DNA of 64,000 nt from the NCBI GenBank assembly GCA_938028725.1, contig CALIMH010000009.1, positions 62,529 through 126,528 of the forward strand, read 5' to 3'. Below are positions 18,360 through 28,479 of the stretch, piece by piece. Under the pieces are notes generated by a model. It did no database searches and was not told the DNA's origin. It saw only the letters and a program-made list of their open reading frames with translations. Both the position numbers and the translations under genes were made by a program. Origin of the DNA: an uncultured Anaerolineae bacterium (lineage in GTDB: Bacteria; Chloroflexota; Anaerolineae; J036; Brachytrichaceae). Each line of letters begins with the position of its first letter. The stretch's first letter is position 1.

Positions 18360-19399
18360 CTATTCCTCCCGATGAGCCGTTGGGACAGCTCGAAGAGTAG
18401 GTGGCGAGCAGGATGCTCTGGGATGCGCCGGAGCGCATCGAGGGCAAGCTGATGCGCTTCACTCGCAAGGCTCTCTGCGTACTTGCGCCCTCCGGCTTCT
18501 TCCACTGCTGCCTTCACCCATGCCAAGTCAGCTTGACTGAGGGGGGTGCGGTCTTGAAAGTAGCGTCGGCGTAGGTCAGGGTTGCGCTCAGCGGCGTAAA
18601 GCACAGGCAGCGTCTTTTTGCGGTGGGCGAGGTCAGTGCTGTGCTTGCCGGTTTGTTCTGGGTCCCCCCAAATGCCGAGCAAGTCATCTTGCATTTGAAA
18701 GGCGGTCCCGATTTGCTGTCCGAACTCGATCAGCGCATCGGTTTGATCTGGGGTGGCGCCGGCTAGCTGCGCACCGATTGCACAGCTAGCTGCTATGAGA
18801 GCGGCGGTCTTGCCGGTGATCATCTGCAAGTACTCGGCGACTGTGAGGTCGCTGCGTGACTCGAAGCTCAGGTCAAGGTGTTGCCCGATGGTGAGCTTCA
18901 CGCACATCTCGTCGAAAGTGCGCATGGCAGCAAGCACATGCGCGGGGTTTAGTCCGCGCTCAGCGCAGCGCAGCAGCGCCAGATGCGCCATAGCAAACAT
19001 GGCGTCGCCAGCATTGATGGCCTGCGCCTCACCCCACAGCCGCCAAACAGTGGGGCGACCGCGGCGCAGCCCATCGCGGTCTTCAATGTCGTCGTGGATG
19101 AGCGAGAAGTTGTGCAACAGCTCCACTGCCGCAGCAGCTGGCAGCGCTGCGGCGGGGTCGCCGTTGCAGACCTCACATGCGAGCATCAGCAGCGCCGGTC
19201 GCAGTCGCTTGCCACTGGGCGCGCGCGTGGCGTTGCCAGCAGCGTCCGCGAAGCCGAGATGGTATTTCAGCATAGTGCTGAAGAGAGGAGGGGCGGAGAA
19301 GCTATCGAGGACGGCAGACATCTCCGCCTCGACGCGAGGTAGCAAGTCGGCGAGGAAATCGTCCAGCGTGCTGAGGCGCGCTGGTGTTTGGATGGCCAT
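18356..19399 (-). CDS. polyprenyl diphosphate synthase (GGPP synthase-like)
   Basis: Both Asp-rich motifs are present: LIHDDIEDRD and FQMQDDLLGIWGD. Confidence 0.85.
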   Translation of the reverse strand: MAIQTPARLSTLDDFLADLLPRVEAEMSAVLDSFSAPPLFSTMLKYHLGFADAAGNATRAPSGKRLRPALLMLACEVCNGDPAAALPAAAAVELLHNFSLIHDDIEDRDGLRRGRPTVWRLWGEAQAINAGDAMFAMAHLALLRCAERGLNPAHVLAAMRTFDEMCVKLTIGQHLDLSFESRSDLTVAEYLQMITGKTAALIAASCAIGAQLAGATPDQTDALIEFGQQIGTAFQMQDDLLGIWGDPEQTGKHSTDLAHRKKTLPVLYAAERNPDLRRRYFQDRTPLSQADLAWVKAAVEEAGGRKYAESLASEAHQLALDALRRIPEHPARHLLFELSQRLIGRNR

Positions 19400-19406
19400 G
19401 GCGCGA

Positions 19407-19412
19407 ATTGTA
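19407..19412 (-). promoter_or_regulatory. candidate -10 box (TACAAT) 7 nt upstream of the polyprenyl synthase ATG (leaderless-type)
   Basis: The minus strand reads TCTACAATTCGCGCC-ATG. There is no SD between the hexamer and the start. Confidence 0.4.
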
Positions 19413-19557
19413 GAGCCGATCTGTCCTACGTTGATGCGCAGCGCAAGGCAACGTTTGAGGCCTGCTCACTTTCAGTTGCTCAACTCACTGCGCGGACGTT
19501 TACCGCATCGTGAGCGCTGAAACCGCACAGGACAAAGTTGGTGATAATCTACTTGTC

Positions 19558-20268
19558 ATGAGCGGCCAAATGGAGGGCAAAGTGGTGGTCATTTCTGGCG
19601 CGACTGGCACGCTAGGCCCTGCAGTGGCGCGGGTGTTTGCAGAAGCGGGCGCCTCACTTGCGCTTTGTAGCCGTCGCCAAAGCCTGCTAGAAGAACTGGC
19701 TGCTCAGCTTGGCGTGCCTGAATCGCGCGTCATGCTATCGGCTGTGGACTTGCACAGCGAGCTGCAAACACGGCAGTGGGCATCAGACGTGCAACGCCAA
19801 TTTGGGCGTGTAGATGCCGTCTTTCACCTTGTCGGAGGATGGCGCGGTGGCTCGCGCATTGAGGATTTCCCAACGCAAGACTGGGAATGGTTGCAGCAAG
19901 TGCTGGTGCAAACCACTTGGCACATGATCCGCGCCTTTGCGCCGTTGCTACAGGCGTTTGGCGGCCGCTTCGTGTTGGTATCCTCACCCCAGGCACAGTT
20001 GCCCTCCTACACCAACGCTGCCTACGCAGCCGGCAAGGCTGCTGCCGAGGCGCTGACGCTCGCGCTGGCCGACCAGTTGCGTGGGACAGGCGCAACAGCC
20101 AACATCATCTCTGTGCCAGGGATCGCGCCGTTTCAGCCGAAACCACCGGAATCGCCACCTGAAACGCAGAGCTTGATCGATGCAGAGGCAATTGCGCGCA
20201 CCATGCTCTACTTGTGCTCACCCTCTGCAGCACATCTCAGCGGCCAGCGCATCCACCTCGGAACTTGA
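19558..20268 (+). CDS. short-chain dehydrogenase/reductase (SDR)
   Basis: Motifs are VVVISGATGTLG and the YxxxK block YAAGK. ATG 19558 is preferred over the GTG at 19510. GATAAT lies at 19543-19548. Confidence 0.75.
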   Translation: MSGQMEGKVVVISGATGTLGPAVARVFAEAGASLALCSRRQSLLEELAAQLGVPESRVMLSAVDLHSELQTRQWASDVQRQFGRVDAVFHLVGGWRGGSRIEDFPTQDWEWLQQVLVQTTWHMIRAFAPLLQAFGGRFVLVSSPQAQLPSYTNAAYAAGKAAAEALTLALADQLRGTGATANIISVPGIAPFQPKPPESPPETQSLIDAEAIARTMLYLCSPSAAHLSGQRIHLGT

Positions 20269-20283
20269 GCAGCTCTCCCCCGT

Positions 20284-20967
20284 CTAGTCCATTCGATAAC
20301 CGACGCCACGCACTGTGTGGAGGTGCTTGGGGTTAGCTGGGTCCTCCTCAAGCTTTTCACGCAACCAGCGGATATGCACATCAACGGTCCGAATGTCGCC
20401 GTTGAAATCATATCCCCAAACTTGCGAGATCAGCGCTTCGCGGCTAAGCACAACGCCCCGATTGCGCATCAGTGTGGCCAGCAGCTCGAACTCTTTCGGA
20501 GTGAGCTTCACCTCGCGCTCGCCGACAAACACCCGATGCGCCATTAGATCGAGCATGACATCGCCCACGCGCAACAGTCCGCTGTTGCGCTGCAGTGAGC
20601 GACGCAACGCAGCGCGAATGCGCGCGGTTAGCTCAGGCAAGCTGAACGGCTTGACCACGTAGTCGTCGGCGCCGGTGTCCAGGCCGATCACGCGGTCTAT
20701 CTCGCTGGCGCGCGCGGTCAGCAAGATGATGGGAACGTTGGACTCACGGCGCAGGATGCGACACAGCGATAAACCATCAAGCCCCGGCAGCATAACGTCG
20801 AGCACGCATAAATCGGGATGTTGGCTGCGTGCGAGTTCGAGGCCTTCTTCCCCTGATTGAGCGGTGATGACAGCGTAACCCTCTTTCTGCAAGTGTTGAG
20901 CGAGCAGGTCGAGCAAAATCTGCTCGTCTTCTACGATAAGAATCCTGGCACTTTCTGGCTTGGTCAT
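20284..20967 (-). CDS. OmpR/PhoB-family DNA-binding response regulator
   Basis: The receiver domain reads ILIVEDE...LDVMLPGLDG...KPF. The winged-helix C-terminus reads LTPKEFELL...TVDVHIRWLREKLE...TVRGVGY. Confidence 0.9.
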   Translation of the reverse strand: MTKPESARILIVEDEQILLDLLAQHLQKEGYAVITAQSGEEGLELARSQHPDLCVLDVMLPGLDGLSLCRILRRESNVPIILLTARASEIDRVIGLDTGADDYVVKPFSLPELTARIRAALRRSLQRNSGLLRVGDVMLDLMAHRVFVGEREVKLTPKEFELLATLMRNRGVVLSREALISQVWGYDFNGDIRTVDVHIRWLREKLEEDPANPKHLHTVRGVGYRMD

Positions 20968-21004
20968 GAAGCCGTGCCGCTAAAGAGTTAACCCTGGTCG
21001 GTGA

Positions 21005-21697
21005 TTACGCTGACTCAGGCCGATAGTCTCCTAGCTCACCTTGGGCAGCAAATTGGATGCGCTCGCAGATGTTCACAATGCGGTCGCCGATGCGCTCCAG
21101 ATTGTGTGCTACCCACAGCAGCATGGTGGCCTGGTGGGTGGTGCTACGGTCTTGCATCATATAAGTCAGTAGCTCTCGCAACACTTGGGTGTAGAGTTGA
21201 TCGAGCTCGTCATCGTCCTTTGCGATGCTCACTACTGAGTTGCCATCGAGATTGATGAAAGCGCTTGTCGCATTGCGCAGCATCGCACAAGCTATTCCCT
21301 GCATGCGCGGAATGTCTATGAGTGGCTTAACCAGTGGTTGTTGGCCGATGCGCAGCGAAATTTCAGCGATGCCGCTAGCATGATCGGCCATGCGCTCCAG
21401 CTCGACCGCTATGTGTATACAGGCTAGGATGTAGCGCAAATCACGCGCAGCGGGTTGCTGCGTAGCGATAAGACGCAACGCACCATGCTCCACAGCGTAG
21501 CGGAGCTCATTGGCGCGAGCATCTTTCTCGACCACCTCGCGCGCAAGCGTCTCGCTACGCGACTTCAACGCCTCAACAGCGCGCTGAATTTGCAGCTCTG
21601 TGAGGCTAAACAGGCGCAGTAAATTTTCTCGCAACTCAAGCAGACCCTGATCAAGTGCAGGTCGTGTGCTGGTGTCGTTGGCCATGGGTGCGTGCAC
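21005..21697 (-). CDS. phoU: phosphate signalling complex protein PhoU
   Basis: Two PhoU repeats each carry E/D..RI.D-type motifs (ELERMADHA, NLERIGDRI). The ORF is 226-230 aa, with start GTG 21697 or ATG 21685. Confidence 0.85.
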   Translation of the reverse strand: MHAPMANDTSTRPALDQGLLELRENLLRLFSLTELQIQRAVEALKSRSETLAREVVEKDARANELRYAVEHGALRLIATQQPAARDLRYILACIHIAVELERMADHASGIAEISLRIGQQPLVKPLIDIPRMQGIACAMLRNATSAFINLDGNSVVSIAKDDDELDQLYTQVLRELLTYMMQDRSTTHQATMLLWVAHNLERIGDRIVNICERIQFAAQGELGDYRPESA

Positions 21698-21783
21698 ACC
21701 GAGTCTTGTATGGTATGCCTATTAAGGCCGAGTTAAGATTCGCGCTAGGATGTATAAACATGGTGAGAGTTATCCCTGTTTTC

Positions 21784-24615
21784 CTAGTCTTGGGTAGGAG
21801 CAGTGGATTCTAGGGCTGATAGCTGCTGACGCACCTTGTCCCGGGTAGCCAGCAATGAGGCCAGCTTGTTCTGCTCCTTCTCGACCACCTGCGCCGGCGC
21901 GCGCGTGCGAAAGTCGCCGGCAAGCAACGCTTGGCTGCGTTGGATTTGATTCTCCAACGATTCAAGCTCTGCTTGAAGCCTTCTGCGCTCTGCGTCTACG
22001 TCTACCAATTCGCGGAGCGGCAAATAGACGACGGTATCTGCGAGAGGCAGCGCCACGTTGTGGTGTGGGTTGAAGCCAGGCAGCTCGGATACGTTGCGCG
22101 CGATCTGCACTTGGCCTGGGTCGAGCGACGCTAGTGCGGCGATGTTCGCCATGGCGCGTTGCAGCGTATCGGAATGCTCGCTCACGAGGATGGCAGGCAG
22201 TCGGCGCTGCGGAGGCACTTGGTGCTCGGCGCGGGCGTTGCGAATGGCGTGAACCACCTGCTGCATCAGCACGATTCGCTGTTCCGCAGGACTTAGCGAA
22301 TCGTCCATCGCTTGTGGGCGCGGGTATGGTGAAAGCATCAGGGCGGGGTAGTTCAGCAACGTCTCAGGTAAGTTGCCACGCTCGAGCAGTGTCGCGCTGT
22401 GCTTCACAGCCTCCTGTAACTTCTGCCAGATCGCTTCTGTGACAAAGGGCATGAAGGGGTGCAGCAATCGCAAAGACCCTTCCAGCACGAAGATGAGCGT
22501 CTCGATGGTTTGCAGTGTGAAGTGCTGCTTGCTGAGCTCGAGATACCAATCGCAAAAGTCGCTCCAGATAAAGTCATAAATCAGGCGCCCAGCCTCACCG
22601 TATTGAAACTCATCCATCAAGCGGCGCACGGTGTTGACTGTGCGCTGATAGCGCATGCGAATCCACTGCTCGGCATCAGTTGCTTCGCCTTCAACCTGCG
22701 GGAGCTGCTTCAGTCTGCCGAGCACATAGCGGCTGGCGTTCCACAGCTTGTTGGCAAAGTTGCGTGCGCCTTCGATGCGCTCGCTGCGCCACTTGCCGTC
22801 TGGGCCGCGCTTGGCGTCCATCTTGACATCGTTGCCGGGCGTGCCTGCGGTGACGAGGAAGAAGCGCACGGCATCGGTCCCGTACGTGTCAATTAGCTCG
22901 AGCGGGTCAATGATTTTGTCTGGGTGTGACTTGGACATCTTTTTGCCGTCGGCGCTGCGGATAAGGCCGTGCAGGTAAACAGTTGTGAACGGCAAGCGGC
23001 CGGTCAGTTCCAGCCCCAGCATCACCATGCGCGCCACCCAGAAGAACAGGATATCGTGGCCGGTTTCCAACATGGTGGTGGGGTAGTAGCGGCGCATGTC
23101 CTCTGTGTCATCAGGCCACCCCAACACGCTGAACGGCCACAGACCTGATGAGAACCACGTGTCGAGCACGTCGGGGTCTTGGACGAGCTTGACGTTGTCT
23201 CCCCAGTCGCGCCGAGCGCTGGCATACGCTTCCTCCTCGCTGAGCGCACAATACTGGGTTGGACGTCCGTCGTGGTTTTCCTCCGCTTCTTGGACATACC
23301 AAATGGGAATTTGATGTCCCCACCACAGCTGCCGGCTGATGCACCAGTCGCGGATGTTATCCAACCAGTCGAACCACGTCTTCTCGAATCGGCGCGGGAC
23401 AATGCGCAGCTGTCCGCTGCGCACGGCCTCCGCGGCCTTCTGTGCCATGCGTTTCACGTCGCAGAACCATTGCAGCGAGATGCGTGGCTCGATGATGGCG
23501 CCGCTGCGTTGTCCGCGCCCAACTCGCACCATGTAGGGCTCCACCTTCACCAGCAGCCCCTCACGTTCGAGGTCCTCCACTAAGCGCTCGCGACACTTGA
23601 AGCGGTCAAGGCCAGCATAAGGGCCCGCCTGCTCGTTCATCCGCCCATGCTCGTCCATCACTTCGACAACGTCGAGGTGGTGGCGCAGCCCCACCTCGTA
23701 GTCGGTGAAGTCGTGGGCGGGCGTCACCTTCACCGCACCGCTGCCGAATGACATGTCCACTGCTTTGTCGGCAATGATGGGAATGGGACGATTGATGGCT
23801 GGCAGTATCGCAGTGCAGGCCACCAAATGGGCGTATCGCTCGTCGAGCGGGTTCACCATCACCGCTGTGTCACCGAGGATAGTCTCAGGTCGTGTGGTGG
23901 CGACAGTGATCCACTCGGTAGCACCCTCGGCCCAGCGGCCGCTGCCCCAAGCATGCTGTGGACCATCCCAGCGATTAGTACGCAACGGATAGCGCACGTA
24001 CCAGAGATAACCCGGCTCGCCCTCCTCTTTTGTTTCCACTTCCAAGTCGCTCACGCTGGTGAGCTGGACGGGATCCCAGTTGATCATGCGCTTAGCTCGG
24101 TAGATCAGGCCTCGGTCATAGAGCGTCTTGAAGGCGACACGGACAGCGCGCGAGCGCTGCTCATCCATGGTGAAGGCCTCGCGGTCCCAATCCACGCTGA
24201 TGCCCAGCGCTTTCTGTTGAGCGGTGATGATGGAGTGGGAATATTCCTTCCACGCCCACGCTTCCGCGAGGAACTCTTCGCGGGTCATGTCGCGCAGCTG
24301 CCTGCCTTTTTTGGCCAGCTCGCGTTCGACCACAGCCTGAGTGGCGATGCCGGCATGGTCAGTGCCCGGCACCCACAGCGTGCGTGCGCCTTTCATGCGG
24401 TGGTAACGCGTCATGAGGTCTTCGATAGCGCTCGTGAGGGCGTGACCCATGTGCAGCACGCCGGTTACGTTTGGTGGTGGAATCGTGATGACAAATGGCG
24501 GCTCGTTGGGGTCGAGGAAGATTTGATTCTCCGGCTTGAAAAGGCCGCTGCGATGCCACCACTCGTAAAGTGTGGACTCGACTGCCTTCGGGTCAAACGT
24601 CTTGCTCAGTTCCAT
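21784..24615 (-). CDS. valS: valine--tRNA ligase
   Basis: It has a HIGH-type motif (PNVTGVLHMGHAL), KMSKS (GKKMSKSH) and a C-terminal coiled coil, in a 943-aa ORF. Confidence 0.95.
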   Translation of the reverse strand: MELSKTFDPKAVESTLYEWWHRSGLFKPENQIFLDPNEPPFVITIPPPNVTGVLHMGHALTSAIEDLMTRYHRMKGARTLWVPGTDHAGIATQAVVERELAKKGRQLRDMTREEFLAEAWAWKEYSHSIITAQQKALGISVDWDREAFTMDEQRSRAVRVAFKTLYDRGLIYRAKRMINWDPVQLTSVSDLEVETKEEGEPGYLWYVRYPLRTNRWDGPQHAWGSGRWAEGATEWITVATTRPETILGDTAVMVNPLDERYAHLVACTAILPAINRPIPIIADKAVDMSFGSGAVKVTPAHDFTDYEVGLRHHLDVVEVMDEHGRMNEQAGPYAGLDRFKCRERLVEDLEREGLLVKVEPYMVRVGRGQRSGAIIEPRISLQWFCDVKRMAQKAAEAVRSGQLRIVPRRFEKTWFDWLDNIRDWCISRQLWWGHQIPIWYVQEAEENHDGRPTQYCALSEEEAYASARRDWGDNVKLVQDPDVLDTWFSSGLWPFSVLGWPDDTEDMRRYYPTTMLETGHDILFFWVARMVMLGLELTGRLPFTTVYLHGLIRSADGKKMSKSHPDKIIDPLELIDTYGTDAVRFFLVTAGTPGNDVKMDAKRGPDGKWRSERIEGARNFANKLWNASRYVLGRLKQLPQVEGEATDAEQWIRMRYQRTVNTVRRLMDEFQYGEAGRLIYDFIWSDFCDWYLELSKQHFTLQTIETLIFVLEGSLRLLHPFMPFVTEAIWQKLQEAVKHSATLLERGNLPETLLNYPALMLSPYPRPQAMDDSLSPAEQRIVLMQQVVHAIRNARAEHQVPPQRRLPAILVSEHSDTLQRAMANIAALASLDPGQVQIARNVSELPGFNPHHNVALPLADTVVYLPLRELVDVDAERRRLQAELESLENQIQRSQALLAGDFRTRAPAQVVEKEQNKLASLLATRDKVRQQLSALESTAPTQD

Positions 24616-24902
24616 ATTGGCTTTACAAAGCGTAGCGCCTCATCTCGTTCGGACGAGAGAGGCGCTACCAACATACCCCGCGGTACCACCGAACTTCGGC
24701 CGAGCAGGAAAGAGCAACGGCCGCACTTGTGCGCTGTAACGGGCGTTCCCGGGCAAGGCTACTCAAGATTATTCACCTCGCCGACTCGCAAGCGACCTTC
24801 AGCACTCCTTCGCTGATGCACGCTCTCAGCCACGGCGCGCAATCTCTGTCAGCCGGTAGTGCTTACTCCTCTTGGTCTTTGTCTTTCGCTATTCAGAGCG
24901 AC
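24616..24902 (-). promoter_or_regulatory. T-box leader (tRNA-sensing riboswitch) of valS
   Basis: Minus-strand elements appear in the expected order: AGTA, AGAGA, GAAGGUCG (candidate Val GUC specifier at 24796-24794), F-box-like CCGTTA, and the T-box core GGTGGTACCGCG (24690-24679). These are followed by a ~15-bp hairpin (24668-24632) and GCTTTGT, 14 nt before the ATG. Confidence 0.75.
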
Positions 24903-24908
24903 ATTTCG

Positions 24909-24914
24909 ATTATA
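24909..24914 (-). promoter_or_regulatory. candidate -10 box (TATAAT) driving the valS T-box leader
   Basis: The minus strand reads GCGTTATAATCG, with a weak -35 (CTGAAC) about 16-17 nt upstream. Confidence 0.45.
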
Positions 24915-24976
24915 ACGCTTGTGCTGCTGAGTTCAGTCTTGCCCATGAGTGGCTAGCTCGTGCATGAGTGTGGGCG

Positions 24977-26668
24977 TCAATGGGTCACTGCGCCATCACA
25001 TGCACGGCCGACGATCCTGGCGTATTTTGCTAGAGCGCCATGCTCATAATGCGGCTTGGGCTGCTTCCACTTTTGAAGTCGCTTCTTGAGCTCTTCCTTG
25101 CTGAGCTGGACGTTGATCCTCCCTTTTGCGGGGTTGGTGGCGTCAATCTCGATCATGTCGCCGTCTCGAATGGCAGCGATCGGGCCACCGACGAATGCCT
25201 CCGGCCCGACGTGACCGACCATCAAGCCGGTGGTGGCCCCGGAGAAGCGCCCGTCAGTGACCAGCGCTACATCGTAGCCTAGGCCTTGGCCGCGCAATGC
25301 GGCTGTGACGGAGAGCATCTCCGGCATGCCAGGCGCGCCTTTTGGCCCGACGTAGCGTATCACTACCACGTCGCCGGGTTTGATCTCGCGGCGGGCGATG
25401 GCTGCTGCGCAGCTCTGCTCGTCGTCGAACACACGCGCCGGCCCAGTGTGCTTCAGCTTGTTCACCCCCGCCACTTTAATCACAGCTCCTTCTGGTGCTA
25501 AGTTGCCCTTCAAGATGACAATTCCGCCGCTTTCGCGCAGCGGTCTACTGACCGGATGCACGACATCCTGGCCACGAAGCTGCTCTGCGTTCTTGACCCT
25601 TTTCAGGTTCTCGGCCACAGTCTTGCCGGTCACGGTCAAACAATCACCGTGCAACAAGCCAGCATCGAGCAGCGTCTTCATCACGACTGGCACACCGCCG
25701 ACGCGATGCAGGTCCTCCATCACGTATTTGCCCCCTGGTGTCATGTCAGCGATGTGAGGCGTGCGGCAAGTGATGCGGGTGAAGTCGTCGAACGTGAGGC
25801 GAATGCCTAGCTCATGAGCGATGGCCGGCAGATGTAATGCGACGTTGGTCGAGCCACCCATTGCCAATGCTACCGTGAGCGCGTTTTCAAACGCTTCTTT
25901 GGTCAGAATGTCGCTGGGGCGAATGCCGCGCTTGAGGAGTTGCATCAGCGCCTTGCCACTAGCGTAAGCGAATTGCTTACGCTGCTCATCTACTGCGGGT
26001 GGCGAAGCGCTGCCGGGCAGGGCCATGCCCAATGCTTCGCTCACGCTGGCCATCGTGTTGGCTGTAAATAGCCCGCCGCATGATCCAATCCCAGGGCAAG
26101 CTGCGCACTCTAGCTCGTAGAGTTCCTGCTCAGTCATTTGGCCTGCTTCCACTTTGCCGACTGCTTCATAGACATGCTGAATGGTCACGTCTTGGCCGCG
26201 GAAACGGCCCGGCTTGATTGTGCCGCCATAAAGGAAGATGCTGGGTAGGTTGAGCCGCCCAATGGCCATCAACATGCCGGGCAGGCTCTTGTCACAGCCT
26301 GCCATGGCAAACAAAGCATCGTAGCAGTGTGCACGCATCATCAGCTCCACCGAGTCCGCGATAACCTCACGGCTGACCAGTGATGCTTTCATGCCCTCGT
26401 GTCCCATGCCGATGCCGTCGCTCACGGCAATCGTGACAAATTCGCGCGGCGTGCCGCCGGCTTCAGCGATCCCTCGCTTAGCTTCCTGGGCTAGGAAGTT
26501 GGACGACAGGTTGCACGGTGTTGCCTCATTCCATGTGTGTGCCACACCAACAAGAGGCTGGGCAAGTTCTTTGTCGCCCAAGCCCATCGCGCGCATAAAC
26601 GCGCGATGAGGTGCCCTCGCGATGCCTTCAAACTCTACGCTACGAATCTTGAGGTTCTTGCTCGCCAT
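24977..26668 (-). CDS. ilvD: dihydroxy-acid dehydratase
   Basis: Blocks are [13 protein letters not shown] and [15 protein letters not shown] 26668 ([10 protein letters not shown]) is preferred over the 26728 start. Confidence 0.95.
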   Translation of the reverse strand: MASKNLKIRSVEFEGIARAPHRAFMRAMGLGDKELAQPLVGVAHTWNEATPCNLSSNFLAQEAKRGIAEAGGTPREFVTIAVSDGIGMGHEGMKASLVSREVIADSVELMMRAHCYDALFAMAGCDKSLPGMLMAIGRLNLPSIFLYGGTIKPGRFRGQDVTIQHVYEAVGKVEAGQMTEQELYELECAACPGIGSCGGLFTANTMASVSEALGMALPGSASPPAVDEQRKQFAYASGKALMQLLKRGIRPSDILTKEAFENALTVALAMGGSTNVALHLPAIAHELGIRLTFDDFTRITCRTPHIADMTPGGKYVMEDLHRVGGVPVVMKTLLDAGLLHGDCLTVTGKTVAENLKRVKNAEQLRGQDVVHPVSRPLRESGGIVILKGNLAPEGAVIKVAGVNKLKHTGPARVFDDEQSCAAAIARREIKPGDVVVIRYVGPKGAPGMPEMLSVTAALRGQGLGYDVALVTDGRFSGATTGLMVGHVGPEAFVGGPIAAIRDGDMIEIDATNPAKGRINVQLSKEELKKRLQKWKQPKPHYEHGALAKYARIVGRACDGAVTH

Positions 26669-26796
26669 AGTGTCCGCTTTGCTTGAGAATTGGTATATGA
26701 TTGTACGGCGAACCACCCACCTCTGCAACCCTCACGAGGCATCGCCGGCTAGCACGTTGAGCTTGCGTGATGCATCACCGAAGCCTCTCAGCCCCG

Positions 26797-26802
26797 TATA
26801 AT
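26797..26802 (+). promoter_or_regulatory. candidate -10 box (TATAAT) 10 nt upstream of the purH ATG (leaderless-type)
   Basis: The sequence reads CCCGTATAATCTTCACGCTT-ATG with no SD. Confidence 0.4.
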
Positions 26803-26812
26803 CTTCACGCTT

Positions 26813-28348
26813 ATGAGGGCGTTGTTGTCCGTATCTGATAAGACTGGTCTTGTGGAGTTTGCACGCGCGCTGTATGAGCTTGGCGTAGAGCTGATAGCGA
26901 GTGGCGGCACTGCGCGCGTGTTGCAGAGCACAGGTTTGCCGGTCACTACAGTGGAGCAGTTCACCGGCTCGCCTGAAATCTTGGATGGCCGTGTGAAGAC
27001 CCTGCACCCAGCGATTCATGCGGGAATCCTAGCCCGTGATACTGACGCAGACCGTCAAGACCTTGAGCGTATCGGCGCCAAGATGATTGATATTGTGGCG
27101 GTGAACTTGTATCCCTTCAAGAAAACAGTCTCTCAACGCTTTGTCACTTTAAAGGATGCGATTGAGCATATTGACATTGGTGGCGTGGCGCTGATTCGCG
27201 CGGCCGCTAAGAATTTTGAGCGCGTTGCAGTGGTCAGTGACCCTTGCGACTATGACCTAGTCTTGAAGGACCTCCGTCAGCACGGCCACGTGACGCTTGA
27301 TACGCGCGAGGTTTTGGCGCTAAAAGCGTTCGCACACACGGCTGAATACGACTCGGCCATCCGCGACTACCTCATGGGCTTGTCTCCCGCCTCGGCACCA
27401 GTGGTGACTTTGACATTGCACAAAGTGCAGGAGTTGCGCTATGGCGAAAACCCGCATCAGCAAGCGACGCTCTACAGCTTGAATGGCTCCTGCGATGGCG
27501 TGCTGGGCGCTAAGGTTCTGCAAGGCAAAGCGCTTTCCTACAACAACTTGCTCGACCTGGATGCCGCGTGGCGCGCAGTTTCTCAACTGGAGCAACCTGC
27601 AGCAGTCATAGTCAAGCACAATAGCCCTTGCGGCGCCGCAATTGCGAAAGACTTGAGCCATGCCTTTCGAGCTGCATTGCTTTCTGATCCAATCTCGGCC
27701 TTCGGTGGCATTGTCGCGTTCAATCGCACGGTGGACTTGGCAACTGTTGAGGCGCTAGGAACGTTGTTCCTAGAGTGCATCATCGCGCCAGGATTCGCTG
27801 CGGAAGCACGCCACGCGCTTGCTGAGCGCAAGAATTGTCGCGTGCTGGAGGTGCAAGACCCCGAAGCTTGCAGAAGGGTCAAATGGGAATACCGCAGTGT
27901 GTTGGGTGGACTCCTGCAACAATCCGTGGATCACGGCGATCCAGCTGGCGCAGAATGGCGCGTGGTCACCCAAGCAAAACCATTAGATGCCGACTGGCCA
28001 GTGATGCGCTTTGCGTGGACCATCTGCCAGCATGTTCGCAGCAACGCCATTGTGTTGGCCAACCGACTGGACGACGCCGTGGCCACAGTGGGCATTGGCG
28101 GTGGGCAGCCAAATCGGGTGGATAGTGTTCGCATTGCTGGTCAACATGCCAAAGAACGTGCAAAAGGTGCTGTCCTTGCGAGTGATGCTTTCTTCCCATT
28201 TGCAGACGGCGTGCAAGTTGCTGCTGAGCTGGGCGTTCGCGTGATCATCCAGCCGGGTGGGTCGGTGAGAGATGCAGAGGTAATCGCCGCGGCTGATGCT
28301 GCGGGTATCGCAATGGTCTTCACCGGCGCGCGCCACTTTCGCCACTAA
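26813..28348 (+). CDS. purH: bifunctional AICAR transformylase / IMP cyclohydrolase
   Basis: It has the MGS-like N-terminus MRALLSVSDKTGLVEFAR, then NLYPF, the AICARFT blocks KHNSPCG and FFPFADG, in a 511-aa ORF. Confidence 0.95.
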   Translation: MRALLSVSDKTGLVEFARALYELGVELIASGGTARVLQSTGLPVTTVEQFTGSPEILDGRVKTLHPAIHAGILARDTDADRQDLERIGAKMIDIVAVNLYPFKKTVSQRFVTLKDAIEHIDIGGVALIRAAAKNFERVAVVSDPCDYDLVLKDLRQHGHVTLDTREVLALKAFAHTAEYDSAIRDYLMGLSPASAPVVTLTLHKVQELRYGENPHQQATLYSLNGSCDGVLGAKVLQGKALSYNNLLDLDAAWRAVSQLEQPAAVIVKHNSPCGAAIAKDLSHAFRAALLSDPISAFGGIVAFNRTVDLATVEALGTLFLECIIAPGFAAEARHALAERKNCRVLEVQDPEACRRVKWEYRSVLGGLLQQSVDHGDPAGAEWRVVTQAKPLDADWPVMRFAWTICQHVRSNAIVLANRLDDAVATVGIGGGQPNRVDSVRIAGQHAKERAKGAVLASDAFFPFADGVQVAAELGVRVIIQPGGSVRDAEVIAAADAAGIAMVFTGARHFRH

Positions 28349-28479
28349 ATAACCTCCTCAAGATAGCGCATCTGTCTCTGCGTGAGGATGCGGTGAAGTT
28401 GCCAGCTAGTATGTGAGCCTTGCTGTTATGCTTCCTCGACACGCGCAAAAGATAGGCGCGTTTCAAATACCTTTGGGCA

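Noticed and set aside
26729-26812. Possible ZTP riboswitch upstream of purH.
   Set aside because: The intergenic region is only 84 nt if the ilvD ORF is taken to start at 26728, and it is shared with the divergent ilvD. A TATAAT sits 10 nt from the ATG, so there is no room for a riboswitch.
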